A stretch of 64,000 nt of DNA from the human T2T-CHM13v2.0 reference genome, Homo sapiens (GCF_009914755.1 NC_060937.1); one strand, 5' to 3'. Shown: positions 14,976-28,900, counted from the first letter of the stretch. The notes: generated by a model not told the origin, from the sequence alone. Numbers and translations are program-made.

Positions 14976-16780
14976 CCCTCATGTAAGGAATAGGTGCACA
15001 GCACAGGATAAGACATTTAAAATACATTCTAAAATAATTTTCTGTCCTCAGGATGCTCCCAGGCAAGTTGCTAGGCAGAAATTATCTAATTATAATACAC
15101 GACACTGTATGTTACAGGTAAGACAGGTGTTATGTGAGAATTTGAAAGGGCTTTTAAGTCAGCCTCCAAGGAGTAGGTGACATGTAAGGTAAATCTCAGA
15201 ATTTCCTTTTCTTTGATCTCTAACTATCTAAAATTCTGCCTTAAAAATCTGACTCCACTCTTTCAAAAATCATCTCAAATCTAACTTCCTACATAAAACT
15301 GTCCTCAGTAAAGTAAGCTGACCTAGAGAGCTATTCTTCCTACTAGAGGTCAAATGCATTTTTTCACATAGTGATAGCCTATGTGATATTGTTCCCTAAT
15401 ATTTTCTTTTTGCAGGTCCCCAGCACTATAATCTATCCCCAGGAAATCACTAGCTTCTTTAAAGGCAGACTTGTTCTTTGTTCCTCCAAGTGCCTATTGT
15501 AATGAATAACCTTTAACTGTGCTAGCATAAACACTCTTGAAGTTAATTAAATCAGCTTCTCTTCCCAGCAATCCTTTAACCACTGTGGACACCCATGGGG
15601 ACGTCTGTACAAATGCCATTTTGGGGGTTCACAGCAGCCATGTTTCTGCAGTAGTATAAGGCCCAGGCTGGACTAATCAAATTCCTTCTAGGATCTGAAA
15701 TGAGGACATCAATGGATTCTACACTGGCCAAAGCTGTTTTGCAAAAATTATTATTTCTTAACTATTACCAATGAGATATGCATATCTCATTAACAGTAAA
15801 CCAAGAATAAAAGTGAACAAAATAAATATTTTTATTAAAGTTCACTTTCTTATCAATAACCAATATAAAAGGAACTCAGAACATAAACACATAGAAGAAA
15901 ATATGATATTTGTCTTAGGAATAATTATTTTAAATACATAATCAGTAACTCTTTTACTTTTGAATATATACCTTGGGAACTAAAAAAAATCCCATGATCT
16001 CCTTTTTGTTGTTGTTCTTTCTTATAAGAATCATCACAGAGTTTCTGTCCAAACCAAAATGTATGCACTATGGGAAGAAAAAAAAGTCCCCAAATAAGAC
16101 TTGTTTTTTTCTTTTTTTTAAAAAAAAGCATTTTCTTTCTAAAACTAATTTGCAGCTTGTGAGTAGTTAGAAAAAAAAGACATTATTTTACAGCTACATA
16201 ACATTTATATCTGAGCAAAGAAAATATAATGAGCTACAACGAAGGAGAAAAAATAGCAAACTTGAATTTATCCACTGTCACATTTTTAATTAGCACCTAT
16301 AATGTTTAAGAACATTGACAAGTTCACTTGACATACAATTATATGACATTAGAGGAAAGGTTGTAGGGACCTTCCTTCTCCATCTACCCAAAACAGAAAT
16401 AAAATTTCACCTCTCCAATCATAGGGAATATGCAAAAGGCAGCAGTGCTGAGGAGAGAACTAGCCTCTCTTTCCTAGCCAATGATATCCTATGTATAAAA
16501 GATATATATGAAAGGCTGTTTTCTTTATTCCTTAAACATTCACTATCTCTTCATGGAGGACTTGAATGGAAGGAGGCTCAGACTATCCATTCTCGTGGGA
16601 GAAGGATAATGAAGTAAAGGTCAGGGGTTACTGGCAAGATTTTCTTTCTTCTTGAAAAACATAATCTTTGCATATCATTTTCTAGAAAATGTAGGGAATG
16701 CAAATTTTAAGAGTATAAATTAGTCCTATGAGCTTTTTAGTTGATCTTTTTAAATGTATAGTTGTAAAAATTACTAAATT

Positions 16781-16866
16781 TCGAACTTCTGACTTCAAGT
16801 TACCTGCCCACCTTGGCCTCCCAAAGTGCTGGGATTACAGGCGTGAGCCACGCCACCACACCTGGC
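16781..16866 (-). mobile_element. Alu 5' fragment of about 86 nt, no tail
   Basis: TCGAACTTCTGACTTCAAG...CTCCCAAAGTGCTGGGATTACAGGCGTGAGCCAC...CCTGGC. Confidence 0.9.
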
Positions 16867-18217
16867 AAAAATTATCAAATTTCAATCTTAATATGGGGGA
16901 ATTCATTTTAAAAACAATAAGAATAACTTTCTATGTAGGAAAGCATTTTATAAAAAAAATTACTTGAGTTGATTTTATTTCTTACATCTTTCAGAGATGT
17001 TTGCCAGTTTTCCTTTCATATAATTCTGTCGTTATACAGAAAAAATAAAAACAAAAGTCTAGGTAAAACCATCACCTAGCCAATTCAATTGTAAGTTTCA
17101 TAATTCAATCATAAAACAATAAAACCTTTTTAATATTTATTTATTTCAGTTCTCTTAATCTCAGCCTACAGCATCATTCTTGATTTGACACTAATAAATA
17201 TTGACCATATATATATATTCCTTGTTGTTATATATATATTTATTATAAAAAAGTTATAAAAAAGTAGAATTGTGTTTTTGAACACATTCTTCTTCTCCTT
17301 AATAAATAATTTTTAAAGAATTATAACAATATTCTCATAATAGTTTTTGGTCATTTTTTAGAATAAAAATATGAGGTTCTATTAAAAACATTCCTTGCTG
17401 TTCCTATACCAGAAATCAAGGACAAACTATTATGTTTCACTCTTGCCCCAATCACTCTTGGAACATTTTAGAATCCCAATAAAGTTTTTGACTGAAAGTA
17501 TGAAATAATAAATGGATAAAATTCTAGTCAATTCCAGTTGGATAATCATTCCAAACTGGATTTCTCTTTCTATTTTAAATTGCTCAGTGGGTCTATTGAT
17601 TTTTACCAGTTCTATATTTTTAGAATAAAACTGAATGTGATGCTGAAAGATAGTTTCTCTTCATTTATAATATTTAGTTTCTTTTGATATTGTTTTACTA
17701 TAGAGTATCACAAACTTGGAAAGTAATCTTTTTTCTTTTCAATTGTTATTATTCATTGTAAGTAAAAATATCCAGCCAATATAGTGTATTGTAGTAAATT
17801 TTATATACTAAAGAAAGGAAAGAAAATAAAAAGACCATGTTCAATATTTTAGTCTAAAGGTAAGAGATTCATAGCCTACAGCCCATGTTGAAACGTCAGA
17901 AGAATCTGCACTGGCTATGAAATTATATAAACGATGTCGCATGAATATATATTCATTTATCTGATTTGAAGGTCCATTGATCTTCCAAAGAGAGTTTAGA
18001 ACACCTATTTGAAAATATTATGTAGTGTGTCTAAATGAACATATTCCAATATATCTGAATCATCTGAAAATACTAAAAATTAAATGCTTTTTATCTGATG
18101 GTTATGCATTAGAAAACAAAAGTTAATATAATTATCTGGAAAATTCAAATACAAATTTTAAAATCCATATTCTGCTAATAAAGAACTGGATAAATTTATA
18201 ACTTGAATTGTCTATTG

Positions 18218-18517
18218 TTTTTCTTTTTAGAGGCTGGGTCTGAGGTCTGGCTGTGTTGTCCCAGCCTGGAGTGCGGCAGTGCAATCATAGCTCACTATAA
18301 CCTCGAACTCCTAACCTCTAGGGATCCTTCTGCCTCAATCTCCTGAGCGGCTAGGACTACAGAGGTATACCACCACACCTAGCTAATTTTCAAATTTTTT
18401 GTAGAGATGGGCTCTCATTATGTCACCAGGCTGGTATCAAACTTCTGGCCTCAAGCAATCTTCCCACCTCAACCCCTAAATTGCAGGGATTACAGGCCTG
18501 AATTACCACGCTCAGCC
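18218..18517 (-). mobile_element. AluJ
   Basis: J-type features GCAATCATAGCTCACT, CCTCGAACTCCT, GGCCTCAAGCAATCTTCCCACCTC; diverged. Confidence 0.9.
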
Positions 18518-19509
18518 TTCAAATTTTCTTTATGAGTTCCCTCTCTGTTCAATATTACTTTATTAAAACTCGACTCTGAATTTCATTTCCCCTATGATAA
18601 GACTGTAGCATTCCAATTCTTGTGCTTTCTCAACATGCTAAATTGTTCAAAATGTCATAGCCTATTCAGTTTGACTCTTTCCCCGTTCTTTCTTCCAAGT
18701 ATCACAGCCTAATTCTTTCTTGTTTAGTTTGAATACTAGAAGATTTGGAAAGAATCTTTCATTTTGCTATGGAGTATGGTGATTAGACCAAAAAAAATAA
18801 AGAATAATATAACAAACACATGTGTACTGCCATGGGCTTTGTTAAACCTTACCTTTTTGCTGTATTTTATTGAGATATTATTTAAGGATGTAAAATATAA
18901 TAACTGTGTACCCGTTCGTAATTGTGTTCTTATGAAAGTGCCCAAAAGTAATTACTATCCTGAATTTAGTAAATATTATGTCTTCATGCTTTTTATTTCA
19001 TGTTTTCTAGAGGGAGATGATGTGAATTAAGTCTGCGTACTTGTGCCTATAAGGGAGGTATTGCAATCTCAATAGTTTAAATAAAAAGTGGCTCAACATA
19101 ACTCAGTGGTTGCCAACAACAAAAGCAATTATTTTATGTCTTCTTAAACTTTATATGGATTATGGCATACTCATTATGGCATATTCATATGTATGAATGC
19201 ATCTCCAGCTTTCCTAAAATAAAACAGCTTATTATTTTGTTATTTATCCTCAAAAACATGTGAGGCTTCAATATGTTTATTTTTAACGCTGCATAAAATT
19301 TCACTGAGCACATCTACCACCAATTGATGAACCAAATAATTCACCTTGCTTTTTGAATACAAGTAAATAGAGCATTTCCAGTTTTAAAATAAAGAGCTTG
19401 TTGATGTTTGTAATCAAGGAAACCTACAAATAGAAAGGTTGTTCATCAAAAAAGGAATACCTTCCTTCATATACATAATTTTTAAGAGTATAACACTTAT
19501 GCCATTAAT

Positions 19510-19672
19510 CCCCAAATATTGCACTAACAGCCTAGGGAGTTTTTTAAAATCCCAATGCCTAGATCACACCCCATAATAATTAAATCAGAATGTCTGGAAG
19601 TGAGAGCTAGGAATTAGTATTTTTAAAAGATCCCCAGGCGATTGCAAATTACAGCAAAGTTGGCAACCACTG
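19510..19672. mobile_element. MER5-family hAT MITE
   Basis: AATTAAATCAGAATGTCTGG...ATTTTTAAAAGATCCCCAGGCGATT...GTTGGCAACCACTG. Confidence 0.75.
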
Positions 19673-20959
19673 AGTTATGTTGGGTCATTTTTTATGTAAA
19701 CTGTTGGGATTTCAATACCTCCCTTATAGCTGCAAGCACACTAACTTAACTCACATCATCTTCCTCTAGAAAGTTTTCCTTGAAAAAGTGTTGGTGATTT
19801 TTTTGGGGGGGATAGGGGCTTAAAATCTAGATACATGTTAATCATAAAACAACCTACTCCAATCCCTTAAATCGTTTCATTCATCCTGCTCTCAGGTTTG
19901 CTGTCTGTTGTTTTTAAGTTTTGTGTGTATATATATTTATACTGCTATCAATCCTATATTTCAAGGTTCCAAGGATGTGGAAACAGGTTGGTTAATTCTC
20001 TCTGTACAGTACCTAACAAACCGTTACATGCAGAGAGACAAATCATGCTTTTTTCTGTTAATGATACCTCATGTGAAATAAAAACTTTAACTCCCTAAAA
20101 TCTGGTCAAAGTGTCTTAAATCATACATAATACCTGCGCTATTTTACTCCAGACTTTATTTTTGTTGAAACTTGCATATTATATATAGTGATTTAAGTAG
20201 ATTTCTGGTCATTTTAGATCATAATTTTATTCTTATTTACTTAAATATAATTACATCTAAATGAAATGGAAACTACATAGTATTTAGATTTAAAACCAAC
20301 AATCTATTTTCAAAAGAATATTTTATTTTTTTAACAGTGAATTATCTCTGGTGCAAATAAATCTATGTATTGGATTCTTAGGTTCTTATTCAACCTTAGG
20401 AAGCCACATCTCCAACAGAAGCAAAGTATTAAGAGAGCTGGTCACCTTTTTCTGTTTTCTACATTTTGCTGATTTCTACTGCTTTCTTCACTTTCCTACT
20501 CTCTCTCTCCATCCTTTCCAAAGGTAGCGAGTGTTTAAGTTATCCATACCTACTTTAACTGGAAGTGTAGTGGAATGAAATCAGTTTACATACATCACCA
20601 GCACAATAAAATAGCACATTGATTCTATCCAAAAATCTTATTCAAGACAGTTTGTGTTATTACCTAGAAGACAAATGGTGACATTCGAAGAGTCCAAGCT
20701 TGCTGTGACCTTACCAAACCTTTCCTATGAGAAAATACACTATAAAATTGTCATAAAGTAGACCTAACCACTTAAACTAAAAGTTAAATAACTCTAATTC
20801 AAATTATACCAACTATACATTACTGTATTAAATTTCTCACAAAGATGATACTCTGCAGGAGGTGGTAATGTTTATGCAGTGGAAAAATCTAAAGCTAGGG
20901 CCTGAGTTACAACTATATCAGGGTTATCAAATGAAATGAAAGCAATATGTTTTGGAGTG

Positions 20960-21070
20960 TTTTTGGCAGGGGAGGGGGAGCAGAGGGTGCTTTAGCTCCA
21001 GAAGGACCAAAATATGCTGCTTTTGAGTCTTAAAAATAAGAACGTGTTCCACTGCTTCCTGTTTACAGTC
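20960..21070. promoter_or_regulatory. Candidate promoter/enhancer: G-rich box, MEF2 site, composite FOX:ETS site
   Basis: GGGGAGGGGGAG 20969-20980; TTAAAAATAA (YTAWWWWTAR) 21030-21039; CTTCCTGTTTAC 21055-21066 (reverse complement GTAAACAGGAAG); no repeat recognised here. Confidence 0.45.
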
Positions 21071-23951
21071 GAAACTACAGGGAAAAATACTTCCAGGGTC
21101 CTGATGTTTCAGGTGTAAGATATTAAACTGGTTGTAAGTTGTTGCCTGTGGAGAGGTTGACCCAGAGGATAAAAATCCAAAGAGCAGAGTCACAGAAGCA
21201 TGTATACTCATAGGTTCTGCTTCAGGGATGTTTATAGTGTTGGAAGGTCCAGTTTCTAACTATTCCTGTCATTTAATGCAATAATGCAGAGGAATGTAGC
21301 ATTGTCAGCATTTATAACATTGGGTAAGATCTCCGGATGAAAAACAGGTATTCTTTTCTTTCTTCCGAGTGGAAGCCAATGATTGCAATGCCATGAGGTT
21401 TTACTTTTGAATTTTTTTAAAAAGTTGTGTTTTTTTTTTATATTTTAGTTTGAGAATGTATTCATTGTATGAGGGTATATTCATTGATGTAAGTTTCTGG
21501 AGTGCTTAAAAATGTAAAACCACAAAACAGATGACAACTACAAAAATTTTACAAAAGGAGAAAAACTTGTTCTAAGAAGAATACTAGAAAGTCAGTTTGA
21601 AGATTACCACTTCAGCATCCAGCTGCTTTGAGGCCAGTTTACTTCACTTTCTTAATTAACATGAAGACAAAATGTATTCGCATGCTTTAAGCTATGCATT
21701 AATGTTTGATGTTTTAGCATCTAATAAATATCTGCATCTCATATCAGATTCTAGATTCAATACAGTTAGCTCTGGGCTTGCTTTTGAATACTTCAGTGTT
21801 TATACAGATTATGTAAATCATACACAGCTCATAACAAAGTGGTAAGGAGATGTGCGACTGTATTTCTCACGTAGAATATCATTATCTAAGCCCCACCCCC
21901 AGTTTACAGCTCAATGTATTTATTTAAAGAGGATCTGTTTTCAAGACAAAAAGAATGAGGGGCAAAAACAAGAAACTAACATGAAATCTGTATGGTATCA
22001 TTTGAAAACTCAGTAGTGTCATTTTAATCACTTTATACCACTTAATTTTTACATGCTTTGTGACAGGTAATGACTTCCATGCAGAGATATAAAACATAAA
22101 CATTACCCATATTGTTGAAAATATACAATGGAAATTAGCATGACAGAAAAACAATGGCACTATCAAGTAAAACTATGCTATTATATAATAGGAGAGATAA
22201 GGAAGACAGAGAAAAGCAGTTTATTATTTATAAATACAATACAGATATCTAAATGCAGAACTGCTACCTTTTCTAATTTGAAGAGCTTTATCAGCCAGAA
22301 GTAACTTTAACAAGAAATAGAAACTCATGCAGGAATGAATTCTGCACCTGCCCAGTACCTGCTTACTTAACAAGAATGTTCTTCATGGTCACATTAGGAA
22401 ATCTATAATTGTGAAGTGAAATGGTGGATATCCAGAAAACTCGGCCAAGTGAGGTGAAATGTAAACTTTAAAGTAGAAACATAACTAACATATAAGTACA
22501 ATTTATAAAATCCTGAGCCTTTTCTCACAGGGACTGCAAAGCATTGAATGGTTGTTGTAACTATGCTACTATAAGATAGTTGAATTTAAAGCGTCTTCCT
22601 GTTTTAAAGATACCAGAATAAAGATACCTGGAATTTTAAGTGACTTTTTCCAAGGTCACACAGATGAGTCAGTGGAGAGACAAGTATAGCTACTGAGTGA
22701 CAGAGACGAAGAGCTATAGACTTTTCTCTCACTCCACACCTGCAGAAATGCCTAAACTACTCCAGCATGTAAACCCTTCACTGGTGACATCCCACCCTAA
22801 TCATTTTAGAATCTCAGCAGAGATGACAACACCAGAAGCTCCTACCTACACGCTGGTTGCTTCTTCATTTTAAAAAATAATACTGATAAAATTATTAGCA
22901 TTTATGAAAAAGATCACTGCAAGAGAAATTGGCCCAGGGTTTTTCATATCTGTTCCAACAGATTATTAGATGCTAAAATAAAGAAGGTTAATGCTGGGCA
23001 ACAATTTAGACTGTCCATATCCTCCTCCCTTCCAGTGCTAAGTATAGCCTCAAGAGACTGCCTTCAAAATGCTAAAATAAATTAATCGGGAGTCAGTTCC
23101 TAAGATATCACTAGCATATTAAACCTTCTTAAAAGATTATGCCTGACTCATATACTTCTTTAGTTATTCATTGATGTGGAATTTGAGACTACAAATCACA
23201 TTTGTTACATTTTAGAAAATTCTCTTTGCATAGTTTCAGTTACATCAAAACTAAATAAATCATCTTTAGCCAAAAAAAATTTCTTAATCTTCAAGTTCCT
23301 CTGGGACACTATACATTTCTATTCTCAGACTTCACTGAACTAAAATTAGTGTTTTGTGTTGAATGCAGATAAGTGATTAGAAATAATATTGAACTTGAAA
23401 AAAAAGCTCAGCTAAATAATGGTTTTAGTTTAGCTAACTTATATTTTTTAATGCATACACCTTCTAATCCATTAAAAAAAAACTGTGTCCATATTATCAA
23501 CTCTGCAAAAAAAAAAAGAAAATCATGCCTCACGTAGATTGTGATTTTGCATTGCTTGCAGGAGATACCATGACATTAAAGCAAGATACACAAAACGGGA
23601 AGCTTACCATTTTAGAAGTTCATTGTTTTATGTATATGTATAGTCCTTTTGTTTTTCTGAGAAATGTTGTCATACAATGCCTTGAGAATTAACAAATAGC
23701 TACTTTAGACACAATATCAATTGCACTGTACAATATGTAATTTCCAGGTAAATCGTGAAGAAAAATAGAATAGTACCAAATAATTATTTTTCTTTTGTTA
23801 TTTAAAAATGACTATATTGGATTATTATCTATCATACAAATGAATAGATGTTAATGTCAAAATACATATATAGTCAGAGGCCTTACCATACCATCCCTAT
23901 TTCTTGCCCAGTGATTCTATTTAATGACTTGTATTTATTGAGTAATTGTTG

Positions 23952-24129
23952 CAGCAGTGCAACAAGCTGGAGCTAGTTCCTACCAGCTTGAAAGAGCCAA
24001 TTGTTTAATAACTACAAACACTGTAAGCTATGGTTAGTGTGAAATCAGCCATGATAGGAATATTTACACTATGGAAATTGGCAGTGTTACAAACCATGCT
24101 CCCCCAACCCCTTTACCAATACACTACTG
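23952..24129. mobile_element. MER63-like hAT DNA transposon
   Basis: GCTGGAGCTAG...GAGCCAATTGTT...GAAATCAGCCATGATAGGAATATTTACAC...TTTACCAATACACTACTG. Confidence 0.75.
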
Positions 24130-24465
24130 TGATTATATAGAAAAAAACTGCACACAGTGCTATAGGTGGCAAACAATAATAAGACCCAGCCCAGTTTTTA
24201 ACATACTTATTGGAAAGGATTGGATTGGAGACATAAAGAAAGCTTACAAACTGAAAAGAAGAGTTAATGCATATTTTGAAAGCTTAAACCTTTATGGTTT
24301 GAAGAATTAAAGTGCCGTTATCAGAAATAAGGAAGTCAGGAAGAGACATCTATTGGGGAAGTTAGGTTGGAACATAAGTTGTTTGCCTAAGAATGAATTC
24401 AGTAGAAAGATCACGGGAGCTAAATATCAGAGTTCAAATTATCTATGATCACATCTTTGTCTACA

Positions 24466-24648
24466 ACAATGGTTTCCAAAATTATCTGCCCGTTAGAATC
24501 AGCTGGGAAACTGCAAAAACAAATACTATTGTTGTCCTAGCCCTGGAGATTGTGACTTACTTGGTCTGAAATATGGCCTGGGCTTTGAAACATTAAAAAG
24601 ATTCCCAGGTAATTCTAATATGCAGAGTAGCTTGGGAAACGCTGGGCT
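24466..24648. mobile_element. MER5-family hAT MITE
   Basis: CAATGGTTTCCAAA...TTAGAATCAGCTGGG...CCCAGGTAATTCTAATATGCAG...TTGGGAAACGCTG with internal dyad symmetry. Confidence 0.8.
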
Positions 24649-25494
24649 ATGATTTAAACACTTTTAAATCTTTTTATGCCTTAAATTCCTGAAATGGAAA
24701 GATAAATTAATACATCACAAGCTTTAGGGCCTGCAGGTCAGTCCCCAAAGCGTGCTCATTATTTGCCATTACCCAGAGCTGAGGGAGAAAGTCACTCCTA
24801 TTTTCTACTATGTAAGAGGAGTTCAGTTAAATAAATTCACTTGCTTTCCACTATACAAAGAATTTTAACAATTGATAGGAAATTGTGAGGAAAAAAACCT
24901 AATTATTCTTGGTACAAACTGAAATGTGATATCACTGCTTGCACAAGCTAGCCCAATAAAATGCCATATGCATTGCATGATGTGTGCCTAACCCAACAAA
25001 TATAATTCTCTCTCTCTCTTCATATATATACATGATGCAAACTAACATCTGTAATTTTGGTGGAAGAAGTAACTTAATCACCTAAGTGATACTTTGTAAG
25101 GAAGAGAACTACCTCCTTAGGGATATATATGCCTATCCCTCCCTATGAAGATGATATCTTCATCTGGGAGAATTCAATGAGATTATAAACAATCAGCTTG
25201 ATTCTCCCCTTTGCATTCAAGAGAGCAAAGAATGCTCTTGAGAGTCAAAGGTCTCCCTTTCTTTTTCTAAACAGCATGTAGAATTCCAAGTTGTTCAAGA
25301 AAACAGAATGACTTAGAACACATTGTATAAAATTTGACTGATGTTCTTTCTTCTCCAATTGTGCTTTATCACATATATTTGTGCTGCACAGCAAATAACA
25401 AAACAAGACAGAGCAAGAGAGAGAGAAAAAAAAGAGAGGAGAGAGAGAAAACAGAAACAAGGTCTGTCAAACAGGATTTGTAAGTATTTATTGT

Positions 25495-25630
25495 GCATTT
25501 AAAACACAGGTTTTGATTCAACAGGTCTGGATTGTGGCCTGAGATACTGCGTTTTCACCAAGATCACAGGGAAATCTGAGGATGCTTTGTAGTCTATTTT
25601 TTTTGTGGACCACACTTTGAGGAGCAAGAT
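25495..25630. mobile_element. MER5A fragment
   Basis: TTTGATTCAACAGGTCTGG...GGCCTGAGA...GGACCACACTTTGAG. Confidence 0.7.
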
Positions 25631-25916
25631 GGTAAACATTTGAAAGAAAATGTGTGTTGGATCCATTGGATCCATTCCCTTATATCCTTATAGGCAACAT
25701 AGAAATATCGTGCTCAGACACAGAAATATCATATATACAGCAGGAGAGATGAGGAAAACCATCACATTTTCCTCAAAGGTACAATTAGTCATTATTAGCA
25801 AAGGTTGTTTTACCAGACATTGGCTTGAGTGAGCCATGAATCTACATATGATGCTGCATGATTTATAAACATATGATTAGATGTCTAGGGGAAAAAAGAA
25901 CAAAACAATTCATTGG

Positions 25917-25964
25917 CATTAAAAATTTAAATTTAACTGACATTAAAAATTTAAATTTAACTGA
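25917..25964. repeat. Perfect 24-bp tandem duplication
   Basis: CATTAAAAATTTAAATTTAACTGA at 25917-25940 and 25941-25964. Confidence 0.95.
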
Positions 25965-28900
25965 TGCTAGAATTACACAGTATTTCTGTTTTACACTAGG
26001 ACCACCAAAGTGATCAATGGCATCCTTTCTGCTGAAATATTTATTTTGTAATATGAAATCAAAATATTGGAATCCCCTCTCATTATGTGTATTTTCAGAT
26101 TCAAGTGTTTAACCCAGAATACGATGCAAAGCAGCCCATTAAGATAAACGCAGTCACTGTTTTATGAAGTAAAGTGAATGATTAAAAAAAAAAAGAAGAG
26201 TGCTCCTGCCACAGCTTTGTGGTGTGATCAATGGCATTCACCTTCCCCTCTCAGTGTAACCGGAATGTCTATCAAAACCAGAAAACGGAAGGCTTCAGAA
26301 GCATTATGTAGCTAAAAAAGGAGACTATTTTACCCATTAGTAATAAATGTACCTGCTGAGCAGAACACAGCTATACCTGAAAAGCTTCCACAATTCTCTT
26401 TTGCTTAGCTCTCCCTGCTATGAGAGAACCAGTGTTCTAAAGAGCATTTTGTAAAAGCAAAAGAGTTTATATAATTGACTTTACTGGAATTAGAAGACAG
26501 AGTACAGTGTGCTCAACCTGAAGCAGCCCAACTCTATGATGAAGGAAAATTGCACAATTTAATAGCCAGATACAGGAACTGTGAAGTAATAGAAGTAATC
26601 AAAGGCTTGGCCATGCTTAAAGGAACAAATCTGTTACTTTTCCATTTGCTCCAGAGAGGGGACTGCAAGTGGACTATTTGCAGGAAAGTGCATTAGCACA
26701 GCTTCCTAAATTTGGGTAGTACTTTTATGAAAAGGAGAATTTAGAAAGAGATAAGTGTAAGTATCTTAATGCTGAGGTGTCTTTTGGAAATTTGATTTAT
26801 GAGTTCCATGGTTCTAACTTCTATTTCATGTGAAATAATTAAAAAGAATATATCTAATAATTGCAATTAATTTTTTATCTTCTTCTCCTTGGCCACAGCA
26901 AACTTAACCTTCATTAAGAATATCATCTTGCTATATTGAACACATATTTTCTATAGAAAGGGAACAACCAAGCCATATTTAGGGTGAAAGCATATTAGCC
27001 TTTCTTGAACATCTGGTGAAAAGTGAAGTTTCAGCAGTAGCAATTTATACATCTGTACCATCTTGGGGGAAATGTGACTTGGGTGATTTAATAGCAAGAA
27101 GGAACACTGATTTACAATGCAGCATCCACACAACAGCCTGTGAAAATCAAAAGTATTAGGATCATAACCTTGAATGATCTTAATAAAACCTTTAACCAGA
27201 ATTCAAGTGACGAGAAATATTTTCTAGAGGACTAAAATATTTTTAGCAAGTCCAGAAATTTACATATAGAAATTTTGAGGGTCAAAAAAAATGGATTAGA
27301 AATCATTTAAATCTTGTCATAACCTGAATCTAGCAGTATTTATAATGATTCAGATGAAGTAGTTGAGCTTTAGATTACAACTAAATTGCCAGTTAAACAC
27401 ATACAAAATTAATTTCAGTAAAAGGTAAGTATATGTGACAGGTCAATTAGTATGATTTATATACTTCAAAATAATTATACTATTAAGGTAGACAGTATAC
27501 CGTCTAGTTTTATTCACATCAAATTTCTCATGCTTTGGTTAGCTTAAACTAACCACAGCATTTCAGAAGATGAACAATGAACTAGGCTCTTCCACTAACT
27601 TTACTAACAGAAATATTGTTTATGTCATTATGCCTCAGTTTTCTCATTTTTGAAATTATTATTAAAAGTATGAAATTTCCTTTCATTATCTACATAATGC
27701 CAGATAAATTAAATGTCTACATTTATTTTAATAAAATAAATGCATAAGTTTCTAACTGGAATATTTTCTATATTAGCCAATAAAATGTTTTATTAAAATA
27801 TATTACTGTGGAAAATTCAATAAGCTCTTACTGAAGCTAAGGGAAATAATAGTATTAGACCCCATGTAATGTCCTTCAAATTTGGTAAGTAAAGAAAGGT
27901 TGACTTAAGTCCAATGTTATTGTTTCCAACATGTTTTTCAAGAAGCACCAAGTTCACTAAAATAAACTAAACATTCTCACAATAAAAAATATAGAAACCT
28001 GGTTCTGAAATTACTTTTTTTCACATATTGTCTGATTCTTCATTTCTCACAGAAACACAACTACATCTCATGACATAGTTTCAAAATCAGTTCAATTCCA
28101 TAAAATTGACTTTTCTCTATCCCTTCTCTCTATTTTTCTATCCCTCCCTCCTCCCCTCCCCTCCTTCTCTGTCAGTCCTCCCCAACCATGCACAAGTGAG
28201 AAGAAGTTAGAAATATCTTTTACTGTCCATTGATACACTATGAATTCTAATTCAACAAATCCATTCTTGACTTCTAGTCTCCTTCACACCTCTCACTTCT
28301 CCCATTTCACCAATAACCCTACTTTGTGTCACGAATCTCTTATCTTGATTTATGATGCCAGTATTCCCTCAAGCCAGTCCATAGGGAGAATAGGGAGATA
28401 CTTTTAAGTCTTAAATTCCCTCATCTTCCAACTATTTGTTGCATCTCCATGGCGTGCAGAGTCTAAGCCTTCTGAGGACTTCTCAGGTAGTACTTGTGCT
28501 TTTTCATGTGCATTTCCTGTGCACTTTCATGTGCTTTGTCTTGGTTCAGGGCCCCACACTAAGGCAGGCATCACTGCTCATGAAAAGTCCCACTTCCATC
28601 ACGTTAATTTATTCTTCCTGCTACTTTCTAAAAATATATCTGCTCACATTACTTTTTAAAAAATGGCAACCTATTATCTAAAAATGTGGTTTTCAAACTT
28701 TACTGTTTGAAAAGATCATGTTTTAATATACCTGGAGTGGTAAGAAACTGTGTTTTAACATGTATCTCAGGTGATTCAAATATAAGTGATTGGGAAACAC
28801 ACATTAGAAAAAATGTTATGAACTAAGAAGTACACCATATGGATAAGAGTGCTTGCAGTTTTCACAATTTTGTTTAAATTCGAATGCTGTTGAGATGACT

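Noticed and set aside
26648-26668. CTCF-like CCAGAGAGGGGAC
   Set aside because: Does not align to the CTCF core without a gap
27411-27430. 6-nt microexon CAG|TAAAAG|GTAAGT
   Set aside because: Upstream sequence is A-rich with no polypyrimidine tract
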